Below are positions 41,149-51,239 of a DNA stretch of 64,000 nucleotides, piece by piece. The DNA comes from a virus (lineage: Duplodnaviria; Caudoviricetes). How positions within the stretch are numbered: the first letter of the stretch is position 1; the number at the start of each line of letters is the position of its first letter. Below the pieces are notes generated by a model. The model made no database searches, had not been told where the DNA came from, and worked only from the letters and a program-made list of their open reading frames with translations. The position numbers were made by a program, and so were the translations under genes. Location: IMG/VR virus record IMGVR_UViG_3300037310_000131, positions 9,446 to 73,445 of that record; one strand, given 5' to 3'.

Positions 41149-41176
41149 TTGACCCGCAGCCCCAGCGTGGTAGGGT
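41149..41176 (+). promoter_or_regulatory. Putative promoter (leaderless transcript)
   Basis: TTGACC-16 nt-TAGGGT; ATG 6 nt downstream. Confidence 0.4.
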
Positions 41177-41182
41177 GTCTGC

Positions 41183-41593
41183 ATGAAATCGTGCCCTCAG
41201 GAGAAGACGGAAGTATTGAGCATCGCTCAGGCCAAGGCCCTGCCAGACGGGGCCATTGTGCCGGCGGTGGATGGGCAGCTCAGGTGCTTTGGGCTCATCG
41301 AGAAGCGCTTCCGCCCGGATGGGACGGCGTACACGTCCCAGTCGTTCACCCTGTGGGACGGCAAGGATGAGATTGACGGGACGGCCTACGACCAGAACGA
41401 CCTTGCGTACTGGCCGCCCATGATGTGGCTTGTGTTCTCGTCCAAGAAGTCTCGCAATGGCCGATACGGCGGTGTCACGGTCCACGTGGACATGGCCGGG
41501 CATAGTGTATTTCGCAAGCAAAGGCTTTCTGCAGCCCTCAGGGTCTCCAAGGCGGCAGTCATTCGTTCATCGGGGACCGTTAACGCTCAGTAA
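41183..41593 (+). CDS. Hypothetical protein (possible OB-fold)
   Basis: Beta-rich; SFTLWDGKDEI. Confidence 0.5.
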   Translation: MKSCPQEKTEVLSIAQAKALPDGAIVPAVDGQLRCFGLIEKRFRPDGTAYTSQSFTLWDGKDEIDGTAYDQNDLAYWPPMMWLVFSSKKSRNGRYGGVTVHVDMAGHSVFRKQRLSAALRVSKAAVIRSSGTVNAQ

Positions 41594-41604
41594 AAGACAA
41601 GTAC

Positions 41605-42309
41605 ATGCCCATCAAGCTCAATGACAAAGGCGGCTCGGACTTCGAGCCTATCCCAGCCGGTGTACATCAGGCTGTTTGCTACGGTGTCGTGGACATTGGA
41701 ACCCAGCCGTCCAAGAACTCCAAGTACGGTCCCAAGCGGGAGATGCGCATCCTCTTTGAACTTCCTCACGAGCGCGGGGACTTCGGCGAGGGCAAGGAGA
41801 ACCTGCCTCGCGGCATCAGCGTGAAGTACAGCCAGTCGCTCAGCCAGAAGGCGAACCTCCGCAAGGCGCTGGAAAGCTGGCGCGGCCGGGCGTTCACCCC
41901 TCAGGAGCTGGAGGGCTTCGACCCCAAGGTGCTGATCGGTGTCAACGCACAGCTCAACCTCGTCCACGAGGACAAGGGCGACAAGACCTACGTCAACGTC
42001 AAGGCCATCATGCCGCTTGGCAAGGGCCAGCCGAAGGTGGCGCAGGAGAACAAGTCGCTCTACTTCTCGCTGGATGACCAGCCAGACCTGAGCAAGATCA
42101 AGTACCCTGAGAACATGCCCAACTGGCTCAAGGAGCAGATCGCGTTCTCCGACGAAGTGCTGGCTGCCAGTGGTCATGGCGACCCGCACGGCGAAGACGG
42201 CGACGGGGGTGAGCCCGGCGAGCCTCAAGGCCGCCCCGCAAGCTCGAGGCCTGCCGCCAATCCGGCCCATCAGGAGCCTGAGGGCCTAGACGAAGATGTC
42301 CCGTTCTAA
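41605..42309 (+). CDS. Phage single-stranded DNA-binding-like protein
   Basis: FEPIPAGVHQAVC...LRKALESWRGR; acidic tail ending DEDVPF. Confidence 0.7.
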   Translation: MPIKLNDKGGSDFEPIPAGVHQAVCYGVVDIGTQPSKNSKYGPKREMRILFELPHERGDFGEGKENLPRGISVKYSQSLSQKANLRKALESWRGRAFTPQELEGFDPKVLIGVNAQLNLVHEDKGDKTYVNVKAIMPLGKGQPKVAQENKSLYFSLDDQPDLSKIKYPENMPNWLKEQIAFSDEVLAASGHGDPHGEDGDGGEPGEPQGRPASSRPAANPAHQEPEGLDEDVPF

Positions 42310-42727
42310 GATGACGCGCGCGCCCAGTAAGCCGATGCGGCACATGACGGAGCGGGAGCTGGAAGCCCTCGCCCCCAATCGTGTGCGGTCGGCGATTGGC
42401 ATGCGCAGATACTCGCTCGGCCTCTTTGCCGAGGCCGCCACACTGGCAAGCAAGATAGGGGTTGCGGCTGCCGCCAAGGAGGCCGGGATGAGCGAGGCAA
42501 CGCTCAAGCACTACATACGCGCCAAGCGAATTGCGGCCGGCTACAGGCCAAAGCGTCGCTCGGCTCAGAACGAGAAGAAGAAACTGTGCTGCAAGGTCTT
42601 TGAGGACCTGATGCGGGCCGGCTTCTCAAAGAACAAGCGGAAATGTTGGACAGAGGCGGGCCGTATCACCGGAGTGAATGGCCGCTCGGTCGAGTTCCAA
42701 GTCGATAGAGGAATCTGGAAACCATGA
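42296..42727 (+). CDS. HTH-like DNA-binding protein
   Basis: GVAAAAKEAGMSEATLKHY. Confidence 0.5.
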   Translation: MSRSKMTRAPSKPMRHMTERELEALAPNRVRSAIGMRRYSLGLFAEAATLASKIGVAAAAKEAGMSEATLKHYIRAKRIAAGYRPKRRSAQNEKKKLCCKVFEDLMRAGFSKNKRKCWTEAGRITGVNGRSVEFQVDRGIWKP

Positions 42728-43530
42728 TACTGAAAGACAACGCGCCCAAGCAGCAGTTTGTAAAGACGGACGAGTCTGCGCACTGGTACGAATACAAGGG
42801 CGGCGTGGTGCTGCCGCGCTACGAGGCCACCCTGCGTGAGGCGCGCAAGCAAAACCTGTTCCCGTCGCCCACCAGCATCGAGAAGGATGTTCGGGCCAAT
42901 CCAATGCTGGCGCGCTGGATTCGCAACGAGACCGTCAAGGCCTTCATCAACAACCCGCGCACGCCGGGCGAGGACGACGACGCCTACGCCCAGCGCTGCC
43001 TCGCGGTGTCTGACAACATCGCTAAGGAGGCGGCGGAGCGCGGCACCAACATCCACGACGCCATCGAGCACAATGGCACCCTGCTTCAGGACATTGTTCC
43101 GTTCTTCGAGGCATACGTTCCGTGGCACAACGAGTTTGTGCAGGAGACGGAAGCCTGCGAGGCGTCCTTGGTGGACCTCGGCATCGGAGTGGCCGGACGC
43201 GTGGACCGGGTGGCTATCGTCAAGGGCGTTGGGCGCACCATCATCGACTACAAGACTCAGCGGGTGAAGGCCAAGGCATCCTTCTATGAGTCCTTTCCCC
43301 GCCAGCTATCGTTCTACGCCAAGGCCTACCAGAACATGTATGGCGGAGACTTGCCGCGCATCATGTCGGTGGTCATCGACTCGCAGACGCCGTCGCGCCC
43401 GGTGGAAAAGCTGTACTCGGTCGAGGAACAGGAGCAGGCGCACAAGGAGTTCATGTGCCACGCTTGGTTGTGGTTCTCGTCCAAGAACTTCTGGCCCGTC
43501 GGACGATGGGACGTTTCATTCGGACGCTAA
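42724..43530 (+). CDS. PD-(D/E)XK exonuclease (Cas4/RecB-like)
   Basis: RGTNIHDAIE, VAGRVD, IIDYKT, QLSFYA. Confidence 0.85.
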   Translation: MILKDNAPKQQFVKTDESAHWYEYKGGVVLPRYEATLREARKQNLFPSPTSIEKDVRANPMLARWIRNETVKAFINNPRTPGEDDDAYAQRCLAVSDNIAKEAAERGTNIHDAIEHNGTLLQDIVPFFEAYVPWHNEFVQETEACEASLVDLGIGVAGRVDRVAIVKGVGRTIIDYKTQRVKAKASFYESFPRQLSFYAKAYQNMYGGDLPRIMSVVIDSQTPSRPVEKLYSVEEQEQAHKEFMCHAWLWFSSKNFWPVGRWDVSFGR

Positions 43531-43548
43531 CCCATAAATCACACCACC

Positions 43549-43821
43549 ATGGACAGAGGAAACCCCAAGCTTCGGCTCACCAAAACGGACTTCGCAAGGT
43601 ACCTGAATAACAACTGGGAGCAGTACCCCGAGCTCTCCAAGTACTACGACCGATACATGGAACGATGCGGCCGCGCGCGCAAGATGGCCAACTCCCAGTT
43701 TGGGTTCTGGCTGCGCGACAACATGGCAGAAAAATTCAACAAGGCCTACCGGGTGGCATCTAAGCACCCCGAGCTGCTGGCCGAGATATATCCCGATGCC
43801 GATTCCCAAGCCACAATTTAA
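43549..43821 (+). CDS. Hypothetical protein
   Basis: In-operon ORF. Confidence 0.5.
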   Translation: MDRGNPKLRLTKTDFARYLNNNWEQYPELSKYYDRYMERCGRARKMANSQFGFWLRDNMAEKFNKAYRVASKHPELLAEIYPDADSQATI

Positions 43822-44071
43822 GCCGTACGACTCGCCCACCCGCTGGGAAATCAGGAGCCAGCGCAGCAGTAACGTGTCGTACATCGTGGACCTAGGCATG
43901 ATGGAGTGCCAGTGCCGCTACCACCAGTGCGACGTGGGCCCCAAGCTAAGAAAAGGCTTGCGTCCCAAGATGTGTACCCACTATAACATTGCCCGCGAAC
44001 GCTTTGCCGATTGGGCGATTTGGGCGTTCCACAACAACGACCTGAACCGAGAACACGACGACAATCTATGA
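43796..44071 (+). CDS. SWIM zinc-finger-like protein
   Basis: YIVDL..ECQC...CTH. Confidence 0.6.
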   Translation: MPIPKPQFKPYDSPTRWEIRSQRSSNVSYIVDLGMMECQCRYHQCDVGPKLRKGLRPKMCTHYNIARERFADWAIWAFHNNDLNREHDDNL

Positions 44072-44424
44072 GCAAGACAGCCACTACATCATTGCGCCAG
44101 CGATACAAGGCGCTGGAGCGAATCAACAAGACCCTGCTGCTGAACTCCAACAACGCGACTCTGGTTGCGAATGCGATGTTTTGGCGGCTCGGCTTGAAGA
44201 ATCGCGAGGAAATCAAGGCCATCGTTGACGGGTTCATCCAGTTCACCACCGCCCAGATCGAAAAAGCCAAGGCCGAGAAGGCCGAGAGGGAGCGCGAGGA
44301 GGGCACGCTGACGGTGGAGGAGTTCATCGACCCGGTGCTGCTGGAGAAGGCCCGCCAGATTGAGGGCGGCGAGGACATCGAGGACATCGAGGACGTAACC
44401 GACAGCACGGACAGCGATGTATGA
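44068..44424 (+). CDS. Hypothetical protein
   Basis: ATGA overlap; acidic tail. Confidence 0.5.
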   Translation: MSKTATTSLRQRYKALERINKTLLLNSNNATLVANAMFWRLGLKNREEIKAIVDGFIQFTTAQIEKAKAEKAEREREEGTLTVEEFIDPVLLEKARQIEGGEDIEDIEDVTDSTDSDV

Positions 44425-45946
44425 CATGAGGCACCGTGGCCCTCGCGCGGTGGCGGCATCTAAGCCGCGCAGGATTTACATCAACCTAGGCCGCACGGGT
44501 GACGCCATAGCCAGTGTGCCGCTCTGCTGGCTGTATTGGAAGGAGACGGGTCAGAAGTGTGCCCTCATGGTGGCGCGCCAGTTCTCGTCGTTTCTTGAGG
44601 GCATCAGCTACATCCACCCCGAGATATGGGGCGGCGACTTCAAGGACGTGGGCGGTGCCCGGCTGCATGCCCAGCGGATTGGGTACAAGGAGGTCAAGGT
44701 TGCGCAGATATACGGCCACGGCCTGCGCGTACCACACAGCACTTCGTCGTTCATCCTTGAGTCATGGAAGCAGGTCGGTCGCCTCGAGGACTTTGGCGCT
44801 CCGCTTGTGTTCGACCGGCGCAACCACGTGCGAGAGGCCGAGCTGGCCAGCGGGATGCCAACGGGCAAGCCGGTGATTCTTGTAGCCGTGAGCGGCCACA
44901 GCGCCCCGGTGCCAAATCCAGACAAGCTGTTCGCCGCTCTGGAGAACAGGTACGGAGATTCGGCGCACGTCGTGGACATGGCCAAGTTTCAGACCAGCCA
45001 TTTTCACGACCTGCTTGGGGTGATCGACCGGGCCGCCTGTTTGGTGACGGGGGACACGGCCTTCGGCCAGCTAGCCTGTGCCAGCCGCACGCCAGTGTGT
45101 GCGCTGATTGCCTATCAGCCCACGTTGTGGCACGGCTCCCCACGCCGGCCAAGCCACGCGTGCTACATACGCTACAACGAGCTGGACCACAAGATGGACG
45201 AGCTCTACCGGGCCATCGACCTCAGCCTTGACCGCCACACCGTTCCGAAGATCACCCACGTTTGGTCGGGTGTCAACATGGGCCGGGACGCCATGCGCCG
45301 GCACACGATTGCAGCCGCCACGTGGGACAGGGAGGCGCAGGTCTACGGCAACTGGCAAACCATCCGCTTCACCGCAGAGATGATGTCCCGGTCGGCCATC
45401 GACATCGGCGAGGACGTCGGGCTGCCCTACATACAGGACATGCTCGACTGCGCGGCATCCGGCGGGCGGGACGCCGACATCGTGGTTATCAGCAATGCCG
45501 ACATCAACTTCGTGCCGGGTCTGGCGGGGGACATCGCGGAGCAGTGCACGCGGCATGGAGCGGCCTACTGCCACCGCTGGGACTTCCCAAGCGTGGAGAC
45601 CCCGGTTGATCGGAACGGCCTCCTTGGTGCCAGCTGGTACGTGGGGTGCGACCTATTTGCATGCACCGTGGGGTGGTGGAAACAGCACAAGAGCGAGTTT
45701 CCCCCCATGCTCTTGGGCCGAGAGTGCTGGGACTGGGTGCTCCGCAAGCTGATTGACATGCACGGCGGGGCGCAAATCGAGCGAGGCATCTACCACGAGA
45801 AGCATCCGTCGCCATGGGAGCTGAACCGCAGCCTGCCCGGCAACCTTTACAATCGCGGCTACGCCCGTGCATGGCTGACCCAGCACGGCATCGACCTCGC
45901 CGAGATTACCAACCTGCCCTATGCGAAGGTGCAGTGGCCGGCATGA
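44417..45946 (+). CDS. Two-domain glycosyltransferase (GT9/heptosyltransferase-like plus GT-A-like)
   Basis: LGRTGDAIASVP and AACLVTGDTAFGQLA; C-terminal ISNAD domain. Confidence 0.72.
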   Translation: MYDMRHRGPRAVAASKPRRIYINLGRTGDAIASVPLCWLYWKETGQKCALMVARQFSSFLEGISYIHPEIWGGDFKDVGGARLHAQRIGYKEVKVAQIYGHGLRVPHSTSSFILESWKQVGRLEDFGAPLVFDRRNHVREAELASGMPTGKPVILVAVSGHSAPVPNPDKLFAALENRYGDSAHVVDMAKFQTSHFHDLLGVIDRAACLVTGDTAFGQLACASRTPVCALIAYQPTLWHGSPRRPSHACYIRYNELDHKMDELYRAIDLSLDRHTVPKITHVWSGVNMGRDAMRRHTIAAATWDREAQVYGNWQTIRFTAEMMSRSAIDIGEDVGLPYIQDMLDCAASGGRDADIVVISNADINFVPGLAGDIAEQCTRHGAAYCHRWDFPSVETPVDRNGLLGASWYVGCDLFACTVGWWKQHKSEFPPMLLGRECWDWVLRKLIDMHGGAQIERGIYHEKHPSPWELNRSLPGNLYNRGYARAWLTQHGIDLAEITNLPYAKVQWPA

Positions 45947-46293
45947 ACGAGCTCGAGGCATGGCTGAAGCGCAGGCCCAAGGGCAGGAAGCCTCGTAAGC
46001 GCATACGCCGGCAGTCGGAAACCCTCAGGCAGAAGATGGCCCGGTACCGGGCAGTCAGAGGGCGGTGGCTCTTGGGGCATCCCAAGTGCGAGATTGGACC
46101 AATCATCGAGGCAGCCGGGTACAAGGTGAGGTGCACCAGGGTGGCCACCCACCCGCACCACATGAAGGGCAGGGTGGGCGAGCTGCTGTTCGACACAAAG
46201 TTCTGGCTTGCCTCATGCAGCGGAGAATGCCATCCTGTGTGGGTACATCAGTCGCATGTGGCTGAGGCAAAGAAGCTTGGAATCACACTATGA
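45943..46293 (+). CDS. HNH-type endonuclease (NinG-like)
   Basis: HPKCE...ATHPHHMKGR...WLASCSGECH. Confidence 0.65.
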   Translation: MNELEAWLKRRPKGRKPRKRIRRQSETLRQKMARYRAVRGRWLLGHPKCEIGPIIEAAGYKVRCTRVATHPHHMKGRVGELLFDTKFWLASCSGECHPVWVHQSHVAEAKKLGITL

Positions 46294-47759
46294 ACAAAAT
46301 CATTCACGTTTGGTCCGGTGAGGCGCGGGATGAGGCAACGGCCCAGCGCATGGCCATGGCCAAGATAACATGGGAGCGCGAGCGCGCGGCCTACGGGGGG
46401 TGGCTGTCAATCCAGCATGAGGTCTCTCCGTCGCAGAACGCCACGCTGGTTGGCGATCCTGTTGCCCTTCCATTTATCCACGACATGGTGAACGATGCGT
46501 CGCGCCTGTGCGAGGACGGGAGCGACATCATCCTTATCACCAACGCGGACATCGGGCTGTTCCGTGGGTTCGCCACCGAGCTAGCGGCCAAGGTGTCTGC
46601 AAGCGGGGCGGTCTTCTGTCATCGCTGGGACTTTCCTGCGCTGGCCGAGCCGCTGCAGACCAAGGCCGGCATCAAGACAGGCAAGAAGTACCCGGGCATG
46701 GATGCGTTCGGGTTCTCTCGTCGCTGGTGGCTTGAGAATCGGGACGACATCCCGCCCTTCATCCTCGGAAGGGAGTGCTGGGACTGGATTCTCCGGGAGA
46801 AGATCAAGGAGACTGGCGGGACAGAGATGCAATCCGCCATCTTCCACATCGCGCACAATTCTGACTGGAAGAAGGGCCGCGCCAAGCACCCGGGCAACAT
46901 ATACAATCGCAGCTACGCGCGCGCATGGCTCATGAAGCGCAAGATGGACCTGCGGGAGATTGCCAACGCGCCGTACAATGAGGTAGCATGGCCGCCCGTG
47001 CAGTTCGCCAAGAGGCAAGCGCCCAAGCCGGCCGGCTCGGTGGATGTCCTGTACGTCATTGGCCGTGGCAGCAAGTGGGATAATCAGGAGCTGCGCTACA
47101 GCCTGCGTTCGCTTGAGAAGTACGCATGTGGCGTGGGTAACGTGTTCGTCGTCGGCCATGTCCCCGTGTTTCTGAGCGACAAGGTAACAACCCTGCAGAG
47201 AGAGGACTTCGGCAAGAACAAGGAGCACAACATTGCAGAGCAGATCGAGTTTGCTGCCGCCAACCTCAGCCTCAGCGAGCGGTTCCTGTGGGTGAACGAC
47301 GACTGCTTCTTCACACAGGAGACGGACATCACCGGATACCCGTACTATTCCGATGGCTCGTTGGAGGCCAAGTGGCGGTCAACGGCCATGAATGGGTACC
47401 GGGTTGCACTGGCTCAAGCGGATGCGCAGCTGCGCGCGCGTGGGTTCCCAACCCACAATTTCGAGAACCACGTGCCAATCATCTACACGCGCGCCGGCAT
47501 GGCCAAGATGGCCCCTTGGGTCAGGCTCTCCGGTCGCATGCCCTATGGCATGACCTTCCGCTCGGTCTACTGCAATGCGCTTGGCATTCCCCCGGGCCCC
47601 CAGTACCGGGACCTCAAGATTGGCAACTGCTCCACGCCGGCAGAACTGGAGGCGCGCATCAAGGGCAGGCATGTGTTTTCCATTGGCGACGGCTTCTCAG
47701 ATGCCGCCAAGGCGCACTTCGACGTCCTCTATCCAGAGAGATCATCCTACGAAAAATGA
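46290..47759 (+). CDS. GT-A-like domain fused to a Stealth-family (hexose-phosphotransferase) domain
   Basis: N-terminus paralogous to the C-terminus of 44417; DVLYVIG...ELRYSLRSLEKY...FVVG...FLWVNDDCFF matches Stealth CR2. Confidence 0.75.
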   Translation: MNKIIHVWSGEARDEATAQRMAMAKITWERERAAYGGWLSIQHEVSPSQNATLVGDPVALPFIHDMVNDASRLCEDGSDIILITNADIGLFRGFATELAAKVSASGAVFCHRWDFPALAEPLQTKAGIKTGKKYPGMDAFGFSRRWWLENRDDIPPFILGRECWDWILREKIKETGGTEMQSAIFHIAHNSDWKKGRAKHPGNIYNRSYARAWLMKRKMDLREIANAPYNEVAWPPVQFAKRQAPKPAGSVDVLYVIGRGSKWDNQELRYSLRSLEKYACGVGNVFVVGHVPVFLSDKVTTLQREDFGKNKEHNIAEQIEFAAANLSLSERFLWVNDDCFFTQETDITGYPYYSDGSLEAKWRSTAMNGYRVALAQADAQLRARGFPTHNFENHVPIIYTRAGMAKMAPWVRLSGRMPYGMTFRSVYCNALGIPPGPQYRDLKIGNCSTPAELEARIKGRHVFSIGDGFSDAAKAHFDVLYPERSSYEK

Positions 47760-48127
47760 AAAGAGCCACCGAGTTTCATGCCTGCTGCGCCCTCGTTGAG
47801 TGGTGGACCTACGCCTGCCGTGCGTACAAGGTGCCGGAGCAGACGCTGTTCCACTGCCCGAACGCATCGCCCGGCAGCATCAAGTACAGGGTCAACAACA
47901 AGCGCATGGGCGTACGGTCTGGCACGCCGGACTACTTCCTTGCCGTTGCGCGCGGGCCGTACCACGGAATGTTCATAGAGATGAAGGGCCCCGATGGGAG
48001 GCCCAGCCCCGAGCAGGTGGAAACACTGCGCATTTTGGGCTTGCAAGGCTACGCCACCGTGCTTTGCTATTCAACCGATGCGGCAAGAACCGCCATCGAG
48101 AACTACCTAAAACTCGCAAATCCATGA
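47756..48127 (+). CDS. VRR-NUC domain nuclease
   Basis: GVRSGTPDYFL...FIEMKGPDGRPSPEQ. Confidence 0.85.
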   Translation: MKRATEFHACCALVEWWTYACRAYKVPEQTLFHCPNASPGSIKYRVNNKRMGVRSGTPDYFLAVARGPYHGMFIEMKGPDGRPSPEQVETLRILGLQGYATVLCYSTDAARTAIENYLKLANP

Positions 48128-48249
48128 AGAGCAACAAGACACCATACACACTGCCTAGGCGTCAGTACTCCTACGTGGAGCGCGTTCGCCTGTCCATTGC
48201 CCGTGCGCTCCGCCGGTTGGCCAATCGGGTTAGCCCCGACAACTTCTGA
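48124..48249 (+). CDS. Hypothetical protein
   Basis: Coupled at both ends. Confidence 0.4.
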   Translation: MKSNKTPYTLPRRQYSYVERVRLSIARALRRLANRVSPDNF

Positions 48250-48635
48250 TGCGCCGCGTCATCCTTTCCGCCATGGTGGCGGCCTCTTTTGCACTGGCCA
48301 GCGCCAGAGAGCCCAACCGTTCGGCGCTGCTTGAGGCCATCCGCCTCAGGGAAAACAGCCACACGCGTGGCGCGGCCGGAGAGCTTGGGCCGTACCAGAT
48401 GGTGCCCAAGACCGTGCGCGATGCGGGCGGTTACGACCGTGCCGCCGCCACGCGCCATCTGATGTGGATTGAACGACAGCTCGCGCGCAAGCGTGTGGCG
48501 GTGAGTGCATTCAACATCGCCCTGTGCTGGAACGCCGGCCTTGAGCGCGCAACATCAGGCAGGGCCAAGGAGTCGAGCTACTGGTACGCTACGGATGTCG
48601 AGCGGATTTACCACTCCTTGCGTCCTCAACCATGA
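48249..48635 (+). CDS. Lysozyme-like / lytic transglycosylase (possible endolysin)
   Basis: Signal-like N-terminus; AIRLRENS..GAAGELGPYQM; CWNAG. Confidence 0.68.
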   Translation: MRRVILSAMVAASFALASAREPNRSALLEAIRLRENSHTRGAAGELGPYQMVPKTVRDAGGYDRAAATRHLMWIERQLARKRVAVSAFNIALCWNAGLERATSGRAKESSYWYATDVERIYHSLRPQP

Positions 48636-49443
48636 TGGCCGCCAGCTCTGGCATGCTGGTCGTGAAGCAGTCGGCAAACCTGTAGTCGCGGGTAACCGAT
48701 GTCAGCGAGTACTCGCGCGTGGCCGTCATGCTGACCATCCCATGCGGCTCACGCCCAGCGTAGCGCATGCAGGCGCTGAGGAAATCCAGCACCGTGTGGC
48801 ACCGGCACGAGCCAAGCACCGCCTCATAGTGCTCGCTGTTGACCTGCCTCCACACGGCTCCCATCATGTCGCGCGCATGGTTCCACTCCTTGCGGTCGTA
48901 TGGGTCTAGGCAGGTGACCGCGCCATCTTGCAGGGCCAGCCTTGCGAGCTTCTTGGCAAGGAACCCCCCGGGCCGCCTTGGGCTGTCGTGATGCGACAGG
49001 TAGCCGACGTACACCCTGATGCCAAGCTGGCGGTAGTATCTGGCCAGCTCGACGGAGGCGTTGCGCTGGGCGGCGTAGATGGTGTCGTATCGCCGATGGC
49101 TGGTGGGCGTTATGTCAGGTCCCTTTAGTTGCAGAATGCTTCCGGTGATGAACACGCGGCAGGTTGGGCGATACAGCTTCACGGCCTCAAGCACGTGCGC
49201 CGTTCCGTCTACTATCGCCCGGTGGTTGGCGGCATGAAATTCATGGGCCACGCTTGAAATGGCGGCCAGATGGAACACGTAGTCGGGCCGCAGTCTGGCT
49301 ACCTCATGGAAGACGTAGCCCTGCACGCCCACATCGCACTCCTTGCGGCCGAAGGCGTGGACCTCCACCCCGTGCTTGCGCAGTATCTCGCCAAGGTAAA
49401 ACCCGTCCTGCCCAGAAGCCCCAAGGATTATGGCCCGGCTCAT
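48589..49443 (-). CDS. GDP-mannose 4,6-dehydratase-like SDR enzyme
   Basis: ILGASGQDGFYL, PDYVFHLAAISSV, HDSPRR; YxxxK appears as YAAQR. Confidence 0.8.
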   Translation of the reverse strand: MSRAIILGASGQDGFYLGEILRKHGVEVHAFGRKECDVGVQGYVFHEVARLRPDYVFHLAAISSVAHEFHAANHRAIVDGTAHVLEAVKLYRPTCRVFITGSILQLKGPDITPTSHRRYDTIYAAQRNASVELARYYRQLGIRVYVGYLSHHDSPRRPGGFLAKKLARLALQDGAVTCLDPYDRKEWNHARDMMGAVWRQVNSEHYEAVLGSCRCHTVLDFLSACMRYAGREPHGMVSMTATREYSLTSVTRDYRFADCFTTSMPELAAIMVEDARSGKSARHP

Positions 49444-50675
49444 AGTGCGGTCTTGTCGATAACCTGAATGTCAGGCAGCGGAAAGATAAGCTTGCCGCCG
49501 TTACGCAGGTACTTGGCCTCGCGCTGGATGATGCCTTCGCGAAAGTGCCAAGGCAGCACAAGCATGTAGTCTGGCTGCTGGCTGCGGGCGTACTCTTCTG
49601 ACACGATGGGAATGTGGGAGCCCGGAGTCACGCAGCCATGCTTGTGCTCGTTGACATCGGCGATGAACGCAATGTCCCTTGGCCCGAGGCCGCAGTACTG
49701 GAGAATGACATTGCCTTTCGTGCTCGCGCCAAGCCCGGCAACCGTCTTTCCGCTGGACCGAAGGTGGCGAATCAAGCTGACCAATCGCTCGGCGTGGTCG
49801 CCCATGTCCACGCCAAATGCGTGCATGATATTCTCCCATGCCTCGGAGCCGTCGGGCTCGGAGTCGGTCACGTTCTCAACGTTGTGGTTGGCCGTCCGGT
49901 TTGAGCCATTGCGCACAGCCGTCACGGCAAAGCTGCCGCCATTGACTTGGTTGAGCCGTACATCAATGGCACGCATGCCGGCGTCCTTGAGGATGCGCTG
50001 GATGACGCGCATGCTGTAGTATTCCAGATGCTCGTGGCAGATGGTGTCATACGCGCGCATCATTATCATGGATGGAAGGTAGCTTTGCTCGAAGTGCCAC
50101 ACCCCGTTCGGCCTGAGCGAGCGGCACACCGCCTTCGCGAACCCGACGGGCGACGGCATATCGTAGAAGCAGGCGATGCTGGTGATAATGTCGTACCTCT
50201 GGTCGTCTGGAACCTCGCCAAAGAAGGCCGGCTGCACAACGATGCCAGTGTCCTTCAGGTACTCGGCCCACTTGGGGGCGGTCGGGTCCACCAACTTGCG
50301 GTACAGCCCCTCGACCGCGTAGCCCTTGAGCAGCGTGCCGTCGTTGCCGCCGATGTCGAGCACGTGCGACTCGGCATCGAGTCCCACTAGGGCCTGCAGC
50401 TCGCGCGCCTTCGCCTGTAGGTGTTTCACCATGCTGGCGTTGAGCCCCGAGCGGTAGCCGTAGTTGTCGCCATACATGTCCTTCAGGCTGTAGCCCTGCT
50501 TCATCTGGAGCAGGCTGCAGTTGGCGCACAGGCACAGCGACACCGGGCCCTTCTCGACCCGTACGCCGGGGTGGCGCGGGAACTCTCCCGTCATGGCCAT
50601 GTGACCCATGTCAATGGAGGGTATCAGTTCGGCGCCGCCGCACACGCGGCACTGGGTGATCTCATGGTAGGGCAT
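49440..50675 (-). CDS. NDP-hexose C-methyltransferase family protein
   Basis: CRVCG...LCANCSLLQ, YGYRSG, LDIGGNDG, DTICHEHLEYY, GASTKGN..LQYCG, LVLPWHF. Confidence 0.9.
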   Translation of the reverse strand: MPYHEITQCRVCGGAELIPSIDMGHMAMTGEFPRHPGVRVEKGPVSLCLCANCSLLQMKQGYSLKDMYGDNYGYRSGLNASMVKHLQAKARELQALVGLDAESHVLDIGGNDGTLLKGYAVEGLYRKLVDPTAPKWAEYLKDTGIVVQPAFFGEVPDDQRYDIITSIACFYDMPSPVGFAKAVCRSLRPNGVWHFEQSYLPSMIMMRAYDTICHEHLEYYSMRVIQRILKDAGMRAIDVRLNQVNGGSFAVTAVRNGSNRTANHNVENVTDSEPDGSEAWENIMHAFGVDMGDHAERLVSLIRHLRSSGKTVAGLGASTKGNVILQYCGLGPRDIAFIADVNEHKHGCVTPGSHIPIVSEEYARSQQPDYMLVLPWHFREGIIQREAKYLRNGGKLIFPLPDIQVIDKTAL

Positions 50676-50762
50676 AGTGTTTTCTGTGTACACACTGACA
50701 CCGCGCATCAGGCAGTCAAATACTTATTGACGGAATGAGGCAAACACCCCAGCCTTTCCGCA

Positions 50763-51239
50763 ATGGATACGGATGACAAACCAAATGAAAGCGCGCCAGC
50801 CAAGCGCGAGTCGAAGAAGGTCAAGCTCAGCAACCTTGTACACCGGGTCAAGGTCACACTGGACGACGGCCGTTTCGTCATGGTGCCGGTCGGCAAGGCT
50901 GCCTACGACAGCACCCGCAGCGTTTTGGTGGCCAAGACCACGGACTTCTTGCAGGAGCAGTTGGACAAGATGAAGGACAAGACACTAACCCCTGCCGAGG
51001 TTCGCGACGTGGTTAAGGCAGTGGCAGACATGGATGCCTTGCTCAGAGAACAATGCGTCACCCAGCTCAACAACAATCAGCCGTCGAGCGACGCTCCGGG
51101 GGTGGCCGGGGCAATTGTCAAAGGAGCAACGCAGGGCGTGGCGACTGCATTCATGGAAAAGATGGAGCAGATGGACAGGGCCGCAAAGCAAATAAAGTCT
51201 GCGGAAAAGGTTGATGCAGACAATGTAACGGATGTCTAA
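50763..51239 (+). CDS. Terminase small subunit, putative
   Basis: Overlaps the start of the large terminase; positional only. Confidence 0.45.
   Translation: MDTDDKPNESAPAKRESKKVKLSNLVHRVKVTLDDGRFVMVPVGKAAYDSTRSVLVAKTTDFLQEQLDKMKDKTLTPAEVRDVVKAVADMDALLREQCVTQLNNNQPSSDAPGVAGAIVKGATQGVATAFMEKMEQMDRAAKQIKSAEKVDADNVTDV

Noticed and set aside
42724-43530. Cas4 as part of a CRISPR system
   Set aside because: It is a standalone PD-(D/E)XK exonuclease beside an SSB-like gene in a recombination module; no array or other cas genes are present.
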